Positions 9,794 to 19,656 of a stretch of 64,000 nt of DNA are shown one piece after another; positions within the stretch are counted from its first letter, which is position 1, and the number at the start of each line of letters is the position of its first letter. This DNA comes from Abditibacterium sp. (GTDB lineage: Bacteria; Armatimonadota; Abditibacteriia; Abditibacteriales; Abditibacteriaceae). The position numbers and the translations under genes are program-made. The stretch spans positions 2,304,001 to 2,368,000 of the forward strand of contig CBDASK010000003.1 of NCBI GenBank assembly GCA_965199495.1. The letters run 5' to 3'. The notes below the pieces were generated by a model. The model searched no databases and was not told where the DNA came from. It was given only the letters and a program-made list of their open reading frames with translations.

Positions 9794-11305
9794 ATGCCTT
9801 TACTTTCCGAACTTTTGGTTTCGCTGCCGGGCGCTCGCATCGAGGGCGACGCCGATTTAAATATCAAAGCCGTCAACTACGATTCGCGCGAAGTCGAGTC
9901 GGGTTCGGCGTTTGTGTGCATTCGCGGCGTCGCCAACGATGGGCACGATTTCGCCCAATCCGCCGTCGAGCGCGGCGCCGTGGCTGTTGTCGCCGAGTCC
10001 GAATCCGCTGTCGCCGATTTGCCCGATCATATCACACGCGTTTTCGTCGAAGATACGCGTTTGGCGCTGGCTTTGATGGCCGACGAATTTTATGGTCATC
10101 CTTCGCGCGAGATGATGTTGGTCGGCATCACCGGCACCAACGGCAAAACGACCGTCGCGCATTTGGTCGCCGATCTGCTCCGCGAGGCCGGTTATAAATC
10201 GGTCGGTATTATCGGGACTTTGGGCGCGGCGACCGAAAAAACGTATTATGATACCGGCAGAACGACGCCGGAAAGTTTGGATTTGCAACGGTTGCTGGCC
10301 GACTTTTTGGACGGCGGAAGCGAGGCCGTGGTGATGGAAGTTTCGAGTCATGCGCTGGCGCAACAACGCGTGGCGGGTTGTGCTTTCGATGCGGGCATTT
10401 TCACCAATCTGACGCAAGACCATCTCGATTTTCACGGCGATATGGAAGAGTATTTCGCCGCCAAAACGCGCTTGTTTACCGATGTGGCGCGCGCTTCGGA
10501 AGCGCACAAAAGTTTCGGCGCCGTCTTTCCGACCGACGACCGTTATGGCGTGCGCTTGACGCAGTTGGATAGCGATACGCCGTTTATCACTTATGGCATT
10601 GAGGCCGACGCTCACGTCAAGGCGGCGGCGGTGATGCTGCGGCCAACTGGCACGAGTTTCGTGGCGCGCACGTCGAGCGGCGATATTCCGTTTGACGTTC
10701 GGTTGACGGGACGTTTCAACGTGCAGAATATGTTGGCGGCAATTGCGTTTGGCATTTTGAAAGAGATTCCAATCGAGAAAATCCAATCCGCGATGCAGCG
10801 CGCCAATGCGCCCGAAGGCCGCATGGAAGTCATTGACGAAGGCCAAGATTTTTATGTCGCAGTGGATTACGCGCATACACCCGACGGCCTGAAAAATGTG
10901 TTGGCGACGGTGAAAGAGTTCACCAAAGGCCGCGTGATTTGCGTGTTCGGTTGCGGCGGCGACCGCGACCGCACCAAGCGCCCGCAGATGGGAGCCATCG
11001 CGGCCAGTTTGGCCGATTTGGTTATTGTGACCAGCGACAACCCGCGCACCGAAGACCCCAATCGCATTTTAGACGATATTTTGGCGGGCACAAGCGGCGC
11101 CAGTGCGGGCGTCGAAAGCGAAGTGGATCGGCGCAAAGCCATCGAACGCGCTCTGGAATTGGCGCGCGCTGGCGATTTCTTGGTTGTCGCGGGCAAAGGT
11201 CACGAGACGTATCAAATTTTCAAAGATCGCACGATTCACTTCGACGACCGCGAAGTCGTGCGCGAATGGCTCGAAGGCGCGCACGAAAGCGGAGGCAAAG
11301 GTTAA
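9794..11305 (+). CDS. murE: UDP-MurNAc-dipeptide:meso-DAP ligase MurE
   Basis: GITGTNGKTT, MEVSSH, DHLDFH, DYAHTPD, DNPR (DAP specificity), GKGHE. Confidence 0.95.
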   Translation: MPLLSELLVSLPGARIEGDADLNIKAVNYDSREVESGSAFVCIRGVANDGHDFAQSAVERGAVAVVAESESAVADLPDHITRVFVEDTRLALALMADEFYGHPSREMMLVGITGTNGKTTVAHLVADLLREAGYKSVGIIGTLGAATEKTYYDTGRTTPESLDLQRLLADFLDGGSEAVVMEVSSHALAQQRVAGCAFDAGIFTNLTQDHLDFHGDMEEYFAAKTRLFTDVARASEAHKSFGAVFPTDDRYGVRLTQLDSDTPFITYGIEADAHVKAAAVMLRPTGTSFVARTSSGDIPFDVRLTGRFNVQNMLAAIAFGILKEIPIEKIQSAMQRANAPEGRMEVIDEGQDFYVAVDYAHTPDGLKNVLATVKEFTKGRVICVFGCGGDRDRTKRPQMGAIAASLADLVIVTSDNPRTEDPNRILDDILAGTSGASAGVESEVDRRKAIERALELARAGDFLVVAGKGHETYQIFKDRTIHFDDREVVREWLEGAHESGGKG

Positions 11306-12708
11306 TGGCCGATGTCATGGCGCCAAATTTGGCCAAATTTGATTTACGCGAATTATGGTGGGTTTTCACTGGCGAGCGCGTAAGACCAACCTTCGATTGG
11401 ATTATGGAAGGCGTTGTCACGGATTCGCGTCAGGTTGAAAACGGCAATATATTTTTCGCGTTGCAAGGCGAGAAATTCGATGGACACAATTATTTGTCCC
11501 AAGTCGCTCGGATTCCAAAGGTGGCCGCAGTAGTTTCTCGGCCCGAATTATTAGAGGGCATTCATCAAATGCCTTATTTTCCAGTCGAAGATACGTTGAT
11601 CGCTTTGGGCCAACTCGCGCGTTACCATCGCCAGCGTTTCGATATTCCCGTCGTCGCTGTGACTGGAAGTTATGGCAAAACTTCAACGCGCGCTTTGATT
11701 CACGCCGCGCTGTCGGCGGGCGGCGAAACTCTGACCAGTCAAGCCAATTTCAACAACGAAATCGGTTTGCCGATGACATTATTTCAACTCGATAAAGGAC
11801 ATAAATTCGCCGTTTTAGAAATGGGAATGCGCGGTTTGGGACAAATTGATTATTTGACTAAAATCGCCGAACCGACAGTTGGCGTGATTACCAATATTGG
11901 GCCGCAGCACATCGAATTATTGGGCAGTTTGGAAAATATCGCGCGCGCCAAAGCCGAGTTGATCGAGAATTTGCCCGCCGATGGATTGGCAGTTTTGCCC
12001 GCCGATTCGCCGTTTTTGCCGATGCTGCGCGGCAAAGCGCCGTGCCGTTTCGTTACGTTTGGATTGGCGCGCGATGCGGATTATCGCGTGGAAAACGTGC
12101 GCACCGATGATCCGCATTTTCTCTACTTCGATTTGCATTACGACGGCAAAATTCAACGCCGTATCGCGTTGCCAATGATTGGCGCGCACAACGCCGTCAA
12201 CGCGGCGGCGGCTTTGGCAGTCGCTCACCAACTGGGAATTGAAATCGCCGATGCAGAGCGGTATCTCGAAAGCACCGAACTGCCCGGCGCGCGAATGCGC
12301 GTAATTAAAACCGAACAATTCACCATCATTGACGATTGTTACAACGCTGGCCCCGATTCGATGCGCGCGGCCTTGGAAACTCTGTGCGATTTTCCCGGCG
12401 ACGGGCGGCGCGTGGCTGTTTTGGGCGCGATGCGCGAGTTGGGCGAATTCTCGGATGACGAACATCGAAAACTGGGCGAATTGGCGGGCGAAATCTGCGA
12501 TTTCGTCGTCGGCGTCGGCGCGGAAACGCAGCCGATGATGGACGCGATTCGCGAGGGTAGCAAGTGTCAACTGTTCGGCTGGAGTGAGGGCGCCGATGCA
12601 GCCACGGCGAGGGTATCGGCGCAGTTGCAAGCGGGCGATATTGTTTTAGTTAAAGGTTCGCGCAGTATTGGTTTGGAAGTTGTGGTCGAGGAATTGAGGA
12701 AAATTTAA
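11305..12708 (+). CDS. murF: UDP-MurNAc-tripeptide:D-Ala-D-Ala ligase MurF
   Basis: TGSYGKTST, NFNNEIG, EMGM, DCYNA, KGSR; TAATG overlap with murE. Confidence 0.93.
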   Translation: MADVMAPNLAKFDLRELWWVFTGERVRPTFDWIMEGVVTDSRQVENGNIFFALQGEKFDGHNYLSQVARIPKVAAVVSRPELLEGIHQMPYFPVEDTLIALGQLARYHRQRFDIPVVAVTGSYGKTSTRALIHAALSAGGETLTSQANFNNEIGLPMTLFQLDKGHKFAVLEMGMRGLGQIDYLTKIAEPTVGVITNIGPQHIELLGSLENIARAKAELIENLPADGLAVLPADSPFLPMLRGKAPCRFVTFGLARDADYRVENVRTDDPHFLYFDLHYDGKIQRRIALPMIGAHNAVNAAAALAVAHQLGIEIADAERYLESTELPGARMRVIKTEQFTIIDDCYNAGPDSMRAALETLCDFPGDGRRVAVLGAMRELGEFSDDEHRKLGELAGEICDFVVGVGAETQPMMDAIREGSKCQLFGWSEGADAATARVSAQLQAGDIVLVKGSRSIGLEVVVEELRKI

Positions 12709-12710
12709 CG

Positions 12711-13844
12711 ATGGAATTTTTATCTGCAATCTTTAATGTTATGTCCGCTCAACCCGTTAGTATTTTGATAGTATCGGCCCTTAGTTGTTTATTGATGCTT
12801 GCGATGGGGCGACCTCTCATTGGTTGGCTCAAGCACCGCAAAGGTATGAAATGGGCGCCGCGCGAAGATACACCTGACACACATTTGCAAAAAGCGGGCG
12901 TGCCTTCGATGGGTGGCATTGGTATTATCGCTTCGGCATTGCTTGCCTATGCGGCTGTGCTGCTCTTTACGATAAGCGGACAATCTTTCTTCTCTTCATT
13001 TTTCAATCCAACAACCAAAGTAAGTAGCCCACAGCCTGCAGCTGTAACTTTGATTCAACTGTCCATATTTCCCTGTATTGTTCTGCTTCATGCGGTGTTG
13101 GGTTATGTTGATGACCACTCCAAAGCGACAAACAAAGGCGGAATATCTTCAAAACAGAAGCTCGTCGGGCAAATATTTTTAGCCGCTCTCTTCCTCAGTT
13201 CACTCTATTTTATTCCGATTGGTTTTGGCGCAAAAGCGCTTTCTGTTTCTGTTGCGAGCGCAACTCTTGGTTCGTGGCCCTTGTTGATCGGCGCCTTGTT
13301 GATCATAATTGGCACTTCAAACGCCGTCAACTTGACGGATGGAATTGACGGATTAGCCGCCGGATTAAGCATTCAAGTCGCTTTTGTATTTGCGTGCATG
13401 ATTTTCGATTACCAACTGAGTGGCCCCGCATTCAATTCTGCTATTTTGTTCTGGCCCGCGCTCGGCGGCGCGTGCCTTGGTTTTCTCGCATTTAACAAAT
13501 ATCCCGCCAAAGTTTTCATGGGCGATACAGGAAGTCTCGCTCTGGGCGCCGCTCTGGGCGCGGGCGCGATACTCACGCGCACGGTTTGGCTATTACCGTT
13601 CGTCGGATTTATCTTTTATGTCGAGATGTTTTCGGTGATAGCTCAGGTGCTTTATTTCAAATATACGCGCCGCAAGTTTGGCGAAGGCAAACGATTATTT
13701 AAGCGCGCGCCGCTTCATCATCATTTCGAGTTGAGCGGTTGGAGCGAGTGGCGCGTCGTGGCGACGTTCTGGGGCGTCAATTTGGTGACGACGATCATCG
13801 GTTTGGTTTTGTGGAAGATGGGGATTTTGCCGCGTTTTCCGTGA
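12711..13844 (+). CDS. mraY: Phospho-N-acetylmuramoyl-pentapeptide transferase MraY
   Basis: PSMGG, SNAVNLTDGIDGLA, FMGDTGSL, APLHHHFE. Confidence 0.95.
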   Translation: MEFLSAIFNVMSAQPVSILIVSALSCLLMLAMGRPLIGWLKHRKGMKWAPREDTPDTHLQKAGVPSMGGIGIIASALLAYAAVLLFTISGQSFFSSFFNPTTKVSSPQPAAVTLIQLSIFPCIVLLHAVLGYVDDHSKATNKGGISSKQKLVGQIFLAALFLSSLYFIPIGFGAKALSVSVASATLGSWPLLIGALLIIIGTSNAVNLTDGIDGLAAGLSIQVAFVFACMIFDYQLSGPAFNSAILFWPALGGACLGFLAFNKYPAKVFMGDTGSLALGAALGAGAILTRTVWLLPFVGFIFYVEMFSVIAQVLYFKYTRRKFGEGKRLFKRAPLHHHFELSGWSEWRVVATFWGVNLVTTIIGLVLWKMGILPRFP

Positions 13845-13866
13845 AGCGCGTTGACAGCTTCGCACT

Positions 13867-14001
13867 TTTCCAGCGAATAAATTCGCGGCTGGAGAGCCTG
13901 CGGCTTCCAAGTCCGCCTACGCGGACTGTAGCTCAGTTGAAGTCCGCGTAGGCGGACTTGGAAGCCGCAGGCTCTCCAGCCGCGAATTTATTCGCTGGAA
14001 A
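13867..14001. repeat. Long palindromic REPIN-like element (61-bp arms, 13-nt loop)
   Basis: 13867-13927 is the reverse complement of 13941-14001; each arm contains the hairpin AGTCCGC-CTAC-GCGGACT. Confidence 0.85.
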
Positions 14002-14018
14002 TCAAAGACAACTCAAAC

Positions 14019-14056
14019 AAAAAAACAGCGCGCGACTTTCGTCGCGCGCTGTTTTT
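14019..14056. terminator. Bidirectional intrinsic terminator
   Basis: AAAAACAGCGCGCGAC-TTTC-GTCGCGCGCTGTTTTT. Confidence 0.8.
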
Positions 14057-14283
14057 CAATACTCGTCCTCGAAACCGACATCGTCTTGCGGGTCGCGGTC
14101 AACCTTGCGGATGCCGAATTTTTTGTCGAGGCGAAACAGAAAGCCGCCGTTGTCGAAGCCGATGAAAATCGCGAACATGATGAGAACCACGATGCCAGCC
14201 CACGCCAAAAACAGCATCGCGGGCCAGTTCCAGGCGCCGGGTTCGCCAAATAGCCCGCTATAGGGGTCTTGATATCCAGCCAT
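14056..14283 (-). CDS. Small single-TM hypothetical protein (75 aa)
   Basis: ATG ORF with one hydrophobic helix and acidic tail, ending at the terminator. Confidence 0.6.
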   Translation of the reverse strand: MAGYQDPYSGLFGEPGAWNWPAMLFLAWAGIVVLIMFAIFIGFDNGGFLFRLDKKFGIRKVDRDPQDDVGFEDEY

Positions 14284-14364
14284 AATTAAAAATCTCGCTC
14301 ATTCTATTTTAAAGCAAATGACGTGCGTTTGTCACCCCCAACTTTGGAAACGAAGCGTTGCCGA

Positions 14365-15516
14365 TTACTTCGTTTTGCTCGAAGTTTTGCTCAGACGATA
14401 CATTTTGCCGCCATCCACCGTAAACAAAAGCGAGCCATCGGCTTCTTCGGCGCAGTCAACGGGGCGCGCCAAAACGTTTTGTCCATCTAACGTCGAAACC
14501 ATCTTCATCGCGCCCATCGGTTTGCCGGTCTCCGAATCGAACATCACGCGATCAATGCAATAGCCCTGTTTGACGCTCGAATTCCACGAGCCATGACACG
14601 CGATAAACGCGTCGCCTTTGGCGCCGATCTTATCGGTCGTGGCGAAGGTGAAGCCGTTGGTCGCCCAGTGCGGCCCGACCGGCCACGCTGGCAGGATCGT
14701 TTTTGCGGCCAGTTCGAGAATATCGGGCCGATCCTTGTATTCCAAACGCGGCGTGCCATCGCTCACGATAAACGGATGCCCGTAAAACCCGCCTTCGACG
14801 TAATGATTGAATTCGTCGTCGGGCTTGCGATTGGTCACCGGCTGCGCCTCATTAGTTTCGCCCAGCGATTTGCCATACCAATCGCTGCCGTGATCGCAGC
14901 CATAAACTTCGGTTGTGCCAGGACGAAAACGCAGCTTTTCGGTATTGCGAATGCCCGAACTCCACAGCGTGCGCGTTTTGCCGTCCAGCGAATACTTCCA
15001 GATTTTCTGGCGGTCGGTCGCGGTCTCATCGCTGGCATTCTGGCTCTCGCCAATCGAGGTGTAAAACCCGTCGTTGCCCACCAAAATCGAGCGCCACCAA
15101 TGGCCGCCGCCCTGGGGCAAATCGTCCGTAACCTTGATTTCTTCGTCGGCCTTGCCATCGCCGTTGGTGTCGCGTCCCTTCCAAATCACGCCCGACTGGG
15201 TAAACCACAGCCAGCCGTCCTTGTAATCCATGCCGTGAACCGTCTTTTTACCCGACGTAAAATCGGCGAGTTTTTTGTAAGTGCCATCGCTCTGCTTTTT
15301 CAGCGTCGCGATGCTGCCCGTATTGGGCTGCGAAAGATAAAGCACGCCCGGCGCACCCGGTTCGATAAACCGCGTCTCGCCCAAATCTTGGCCAACAAGC
15401 GTCACGGAATAACCATCGCGCACGGTGAAATTGGGCACGCCCGGCCCGGTCACTCCGGCGGCGTGGCTGGTCGTTGCATAGAATAAAAGGCCGCTAAGGG
15501 CCACAAGTGATTTCAT
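14365..15516 (-). CDS. Secreted glucose/sorbosone dehydrogenase-family beta-propeller
   Basis: Signal peptide MKSLVALSGLLFYATTSHA; GIRN, YGHP, HGSWN, RPVD motifs. Confidence 0.82.
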   Translation of the reverse strand: MKSLVALSGLLFYATTSHAAGVTGPGVPNFTVRDGYSVTLVGQDLGETRFIEPGAPGVLYLSQPNTGSIATLKKQSDGTYKKLADFTSGKKTVHGMDYKDGWLWFTQSGVIWKGRDTNGDGKADEEIKVTDDLPQGGGHWWRSILVGNDGFYTSIGESQNASDETATDRQKIWKYSLDGKTRTLWSSGIRNTEKLRFRPGTTEVYGCDHGSDWYGKSLGETNEAQPVTNRKPDDEFNHYVEGGFYGHPFIVSDGTPRLEYKDRPDILELAAKTILPAWPVGPHWATNGFTFATTDKIGAKGDAFIACHGSWNSSVKQGYCIDRVMFDSETGKPMGAMKMVSTLDGQNVLARPVDCAEEADGSLLFTVDGGKMYRLSKTSSKTK

Positions 15517-15708
15517 GGATAAATTAAGAGAGTTGAAGACGCGTTGCGGTTGCCCTTTATACAAATTATTCTGAGAAGTCCGGTTAATATCGCTTGCTTC
15601 TTTGTTCTTAAAAACCGCTTGAGCCAGAGCGTCCCTCTCTTCTTGCAATGGCTCATTTTTCGCGCGAGTAGCTCGTGGCGCTAATCTCCTATTGTAAAAT
15701 AAAACTGC

Positions 15709-17481
15709 ATGGCAACCAAATGGCGCATCGGCGAAAAAATCGAGAATCGTTGGGAAATCTGCGACATCAAGCACGGCGGCATGGATGTCGTTTATATCGT
15801 TTACGATCACGAATCGCGCGAGCCGTTCGCCATCAAAACTTTTGGCGGTAAGGTCTATCCGCGCACTGTCGAGCGATTCACCATTGAGGCGCTTTTGTGG
15901 GTCAATCTCGATGTTCATCCCAACGTGGCGCAAGCGCGATTCGTCAAAAATATCGAGGGCCGACCGTGCCTGTTTCTGGAATACGTCAGTGGCGGACATC
16001 TGGGGCGTTGGATTCGCACGCCGCAGTTGAGACAGAATTTGCGTCAAATGTTTGGTTTTGCCCTTGGCATCTGCGACGGCATGACGCACGCTTTTTCCAA
16101 AGGGCTGCAAGCGCACCGCGACATCAAGCCGGAAAATTGCCTGATTAGCGCCGATAACACGCTCAAAATCACCGATTTCGGCATGGCACGCATCGCGGAT
16201 GTCGCCGAAGAAGAGGGCATTCGGGGCGGCACTGTCGAGTTCATGGCGCCCGAACAGTGGGGCAACTTCGAGTTGGCCGACGAGCGGGCGGACATCTATT
16301 CATTCGGCGCGACGCTTTATGCGATGCTGACGGGCGAGTATCCTTTCGGCGATTCGTCCGAAGTGGATACCCGCGAAATGGAGCGGCGTCACAAAGAAGA
16401 CTCGCCCGCGCCGCTTCCTGCCCAGTTCCGCGACTTGAGTGAATTCGTCTCCAAATGTCTGGCTAAAACTCCCGCCGAACGCTTCGCCACGTTCGCCGAA
16501 GCGCGCACGGAGTTGGCGTGGCTGTGTCAGAGCATGACCGGCGAAACCGCGCCGCAACCCGTGACTGGCGCGGCGTTTGACGCGGGACAATGGAGCGAAA
16601 AAGGCGGCAGTTTGCGCGCGTTGGGACGCTATGAAGCCGCGCTCGAATGCTACGACCGCGCGCTCGAACTCGATGGCGATTTGGCCGATGTCTGGTCGAA
16701 CAAAGGCGAAGCATTGTGGAGTTTGGGGCGCATCGAGCAGGCGCTGCAATGTTTAGATCGCGCGCTCGAACTCAACCCGGAGGGCGGCGAAATTTGGTCG
16801 AATCGCGCCGCGATTGTGACGCAATGCGGACAGGCGCAAGCCGCTCTCGAATGTTGCGCGCGCGCCCTCGAACTCAACCCCAACTTAGCGATGGCCTGGA
16901 ATAATCAAGGCGTCGCGCTCATGGCGCTGGGCCAAGTCGAAGCCTCGCTCCCATGCTATGACCGCGCGCTGGAACTCGATCCGTATCTGGAAAACGCGTG
17001 GTCGAACAAAGGCTCGGCGCTGGGAGCCTTGGAGCGCGCCGAAGAAGAGTTGCAGCACTACAATCGCGCGCTCGAACTTAACTGGCGTTTAGATCAGACG
17101 TGGTGCAACAAGGGCAGCGTGCTGGCGTCGCGTGGCGAGTGGAACGAAGCCATCAAATGTTATGACCGCGCGCTCAAACTCAACCCGCAACACGCCGATG
17201 CGTGGTTCAACAAAGGCGTCGCCCTCCAAAGTTCGGGCCGCGTGCAAAAGTCTGTGGCGTGTTATGCGCGCGCGCTGAATTTAAATCCCGGCGATACCGA
17301 AGCCTGCAATCGCAAAGGTTTGGCGTTGCTTGAGTTGGGACGCACCCGTAAGGCCGTTGAGGCGTTCGAGTGCGCCCTGCAAATTGACCCCGACGATGCG
17401 GAAGCCGCCAATCATCGAGCCAACGCGTTGGAAAAAATGGGACACACCCGAAAAGCGCGCGCCGCACGAGAGCAAGCGTAA
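15709..17481 (+). CDS. Hanks-type Ser/Thr kinase with C-terminal TPR array
   Basis: FAIK, HRDIKPEN, DFG, MAPE, DIYSFG; about eight TPRs (W.NKG.AL...A..CYDRALELNP). Confidence 0.92.
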   Translation: MATKWRIGEKIENRWEICDIKHGGMDVVYIVYDHESREPFAIKTFGGKVYPRTVERFTIEALLWVNLDVHPNVAQARFVKNIEGRPCLFLEYVSGGHLGRWIRTPQLRQNLRQMFGFALGICDGMTHAFSKGLQAHRDIKPENCLISADNTLKITDFGMARIADVAEEEGIRGGTVEFMAPEQWGNFELADERADIYSFGATLYAMLTGEYPFGDSSEVDTREMERRHKEDSPAPLPAQFRDLSEFVSKCLAKTPAERFATFAEARTELAWLCQSMTGETAPQPVTGAAFDAGQWSEKGGSLRALGRYEAALECYDRALELDGDLADVWSNKGEALWSLGRIEQALQCLDRALELNPEGGEIWSNRAAIVTQCGQAQAALECCARALELNPNLAMAWNNQGVALMALGQVEASLPCYDRALELDPYLENAWSNKGSALGALERAEEELQHYNRALELNWRLDQTWCNKGSVLASRGEWNEAIKCYDRALKLNPQHADAWFNKGVALQSSGRVQKSVACYARALNLNPGDTEACNRKGLALLELGRTRKAVEAFECALQIDPDDAEAANHRANALEKMGHTRKARAAREQA

Positions 17482-17495
17482 TCGGCGCGCGCGGA

Positions 17496-18779
17496 TTAAA
17501 ACGTGGAAATGGCGGAAAGCTGAAAATACGCGTCGGTGCTGTCGTCGGTCAGTCCGGCGTCGAGCGAAGCCGTGATAGATGTTTGATTATTGGTCTGGTA
17601 ACTCAGCGCTTGTCTGAGATAGGCGGTCGTCGAGCCGGAAGTTCCAATGAAAGGACTATTGGTTTTGCCATAGCTGAGTCCACTGCGAGAACTGAACTGC
17701 GGCCCCAGCGCATAATAAAATCCGACTTCGCCGCCGTAAGAGTTGGGAAGATTCGCTCTGTCGCCGTCCACACGGCGCGCGATGCTGGTGCCGTAATCCG
17801 CGCTGACATAGAATTGCAGCGGAACCATCATTTTGCGAACCGAAAGATGAACGTAGGGTTGGTAGAAGCCACTGCCCGTGCGCAATTGATTATCGTTGAG
17901 ATGGAACGCCTTGCCCGTTGGCAACACGACGCCCGCGCCCGCCGAAAAACGAAGCCCGCCCGCAAGGCTGGGAAAACGATGCGAGATATAAAAATCCATA
18001 TCGCCGATGCCCTGCCCCTTGCGCCGCAACGTGCCCTCGGCGGACGTGGCGCGGGCTGTTTGATAAACGTAGGGCACGCCCAAACTGACATCGGTTCGAT
18101 TGGAAAGAGGATATTCTCCAGTCAGCGTCAGGCGGCTGATAAAACGGTTGTCTATCGTGAGCGGCCCAGTCGGTGTATCAACCAAACTTTGCCGGTCGAA
18201 TCCCACGGAAGTGTCCGCGTAAATCGTGATTTCGCGGCGACTATGACTCGAAGTGGTCTTGGGCGAACCAGAGATAATCGGGCCAGATGCGGGCGATGAC
18301 GAAGGCGCCGATGCCACAGGCGCCGCCGCAGGAGCTTCGGGCGCAGGAGCCACCGCCGAAGCAGCCACCGCCGCAGGAGATGCGACTTGCGCTGACGATG
18401 GCTGGGGAATGGGAACCGCTTGTCCCGCACCAGATTTTCGAATCTTCGGGATGGGAGGAAGCGTGAAGCTCTTCTCAACGCCCGCTTGGGTGTTCGGCAA
18501 TGCGGCGTTCGGAGCAGTATTTGGGGGCGACTGAACCGCAGGTAAATTTTGAATCTTCGGAAATTTCGGAATCGGCACGCGCGAGCGAACCGCGGGAATC
18601 GGCGGCAGATTTCTCCCCGATGTATCGAATGTAAGAGAGCGAACCGCAGCAATGGGCGGCAGATTTTCGGACTTTGGGATGGGCGGAATCGGAGGCAGAG
18701 GCTGAGCGGACGCAATGTCGCAACAAATAAAGGGCACTCCTAAACATAAAGAAGCACGAATCAGAGCGTTGAAAATCAT
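17496..18779 (-). CDS. Outer-membrane beta-barrel transporter (FapF/SphA-MetA-like) with Pro-rich N-terminus
   Basis: Signal peptide; repeated LPPIP motifs; GIGD, LPTGK and TGSG motifs; amphipathic strands; C-terminal Phe. Confidence 0.72.
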   Translation of the reverse strand: MIFNALIRASLCLGVPFICCDIASAQPLPPIPPIPKSENLPPIAAVRSLTFDTSGRNLPPIPAVRSRVPIPKFPKIQNLPAVQSPPNTAPNAALPNTQAGVEKSFTLPPIPKIRKSGAGQAVPIPQPSSAQVASPAAVAASAVAPAPEAPAAAPVASAPSSSPASGPIISGSPKTTSSHSRREITIYADTSVGFDRQSLVDTPTGPLTIDNRFISRLTLTGEYPLSNRTDVSLGVPYVYQTARATSAEGTLRRKGQGIGDMDFYISHRFPSLAGGLRFSAGAGVVLPTGKAFHLNDNQLRTGSGFYQPYVHLSVRKMMVPLQFYVSADYGTSIARRVDGDRANLPNSYGGEVGFYYALGPQFSSRSGLSYGKTNSPFIGTSGSTTAYLRQALSYQTNNQTSITASLDAGLTDDSTDAYFQLSAISTF

Positions 18780-18791
18780 AATGTGCGAGGC

Positions 18792-19445
18792 TTAGTTGCG
18801 GGGGCTGAAGCGCGACCAACGCAGCGAATCGAGGTTTTCCATTTGACGGTCGAGTTCGCGGATGATTTGCGCCTGATGAGTCGAGTTCGTGTGCAGCGTG
18901 GGCGTGGCAACCATAAAAACGAAGCCTTTGCTTTCTTCGTTCGCGGATTTTTGGATTTCGGCGCTACTTTGTTTTGGCTCGGTTACCAGCCACCGCTTGA
19001 GAAAAACCTTCGCGGGCAACACGAGATTGCCCGACGCTGGATCGGCCAGATAAACAAGATCGTTCTTGACGGCCAACACCAATACGAAATGCGGTTCGGG
19101 CAAAAGAATCCGCACCAGAAGCGGCGCCGGATACGATTCCAACTGTTTTTGAAGAACCGGAAAACTCATCAGAAAACTGTCGGCCAAACAGTTTTTCGCT
19201 TTGGCCGCTTCTTCCAATCCCAACAACGTCGTGCCGGAAGTTTCCTTCAGCCCCGCCAATCGCGAAATTTCGCCCTCGGTCGCGTCAACGTCCAAGTAGA
19301 AACGCAATAAAGTCGCCAGCGTCGCGGGGCCGCAATCGGACGAACCGTTTTGCACCAGCAAAAATCGCGTGTTGGCCTGAGCCTTCACGCCGATTCCGGC
19401 GACGGCGAGAACGGCGATGAAAAATGCGAGAAATAATCGTCTCAT
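18792..19445 (-). CDS. Stand-alone exported C39-family cysteine peptidase (FapD-like)
   Basis: Signal peptide ending AQA; Q....DCGPATLATLL, HFVLV, LADPASG; no ABC domain. Confidence 0.85.
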   Translation of the reverse strand: MRRLFLAFFIAVLAVAGIGVKAQANTRFLLVQNGSSDCGPATLATLLRFYLDVDATEGEISRLAGLKETSGTTLLGLEEAAKAKNCLADSFLMSFPVLQKQLESYPAPLLVRILLPEPHFVLVLAVKNDLVYLADPASGNLVLPAKVFLKRWLVTEPKQSSAEIQKSANEESKGFVFMVATPTLHTNSTHQAQIIRELDRQMENLDSLRWSRFSPRN

Positions 19446-19569
19446 CTTCGAGAGTTTGACTCCAATGGGCTTTGTGCGAAAGCCAGTTATTTTGTCAGGC
19501 TTGAGTTCAAGTGGTTCACGATGCAGCAACTTTTGGCCTCAGTGTAAATTTTCGCGATAAAAAGTCACT

Positions 19570-19619
19570 GAAACAACGACACCGGAAGCTCTTAAAGAAC
19601 TTCCGGTGTCGCTGTTTTC
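19570..19619 (-). terminator. Stem-loop between the peptide gene and the C39 peptidase gene
   Basis: CGACACCGGAAG...CTTCCGGTGTCG with extended flanking pairing. Confidence 0.65.
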
Positions 19620-19656
19620 GTGTTTTCACTCAGGAAATATTCCTGTTGAACTGCTC

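Noticed and set aside
13921..13945. GCGGACTGTAGCTCAGTTG resembles a tRNA 5' end and D-arm
   Set aside because: No anticodon arm, T-arm or acceptor complement follows; it is the loop of a 61-bp palindrome.
15517..16116. Long N-terminal extension of ORF 14365..16116
   Set aside because: It overlaps the kinase gene on the opposite strand; a clear signal peptide starts at 15516.
18792..19445. C39 peptidase as part of a classical bacteriocin ABC exporter or lanthipeptide cluster
   Set aside because: No ABC, HlyD or modifying-enzyme genes nearby, and the peptidase has its own signal peptide.
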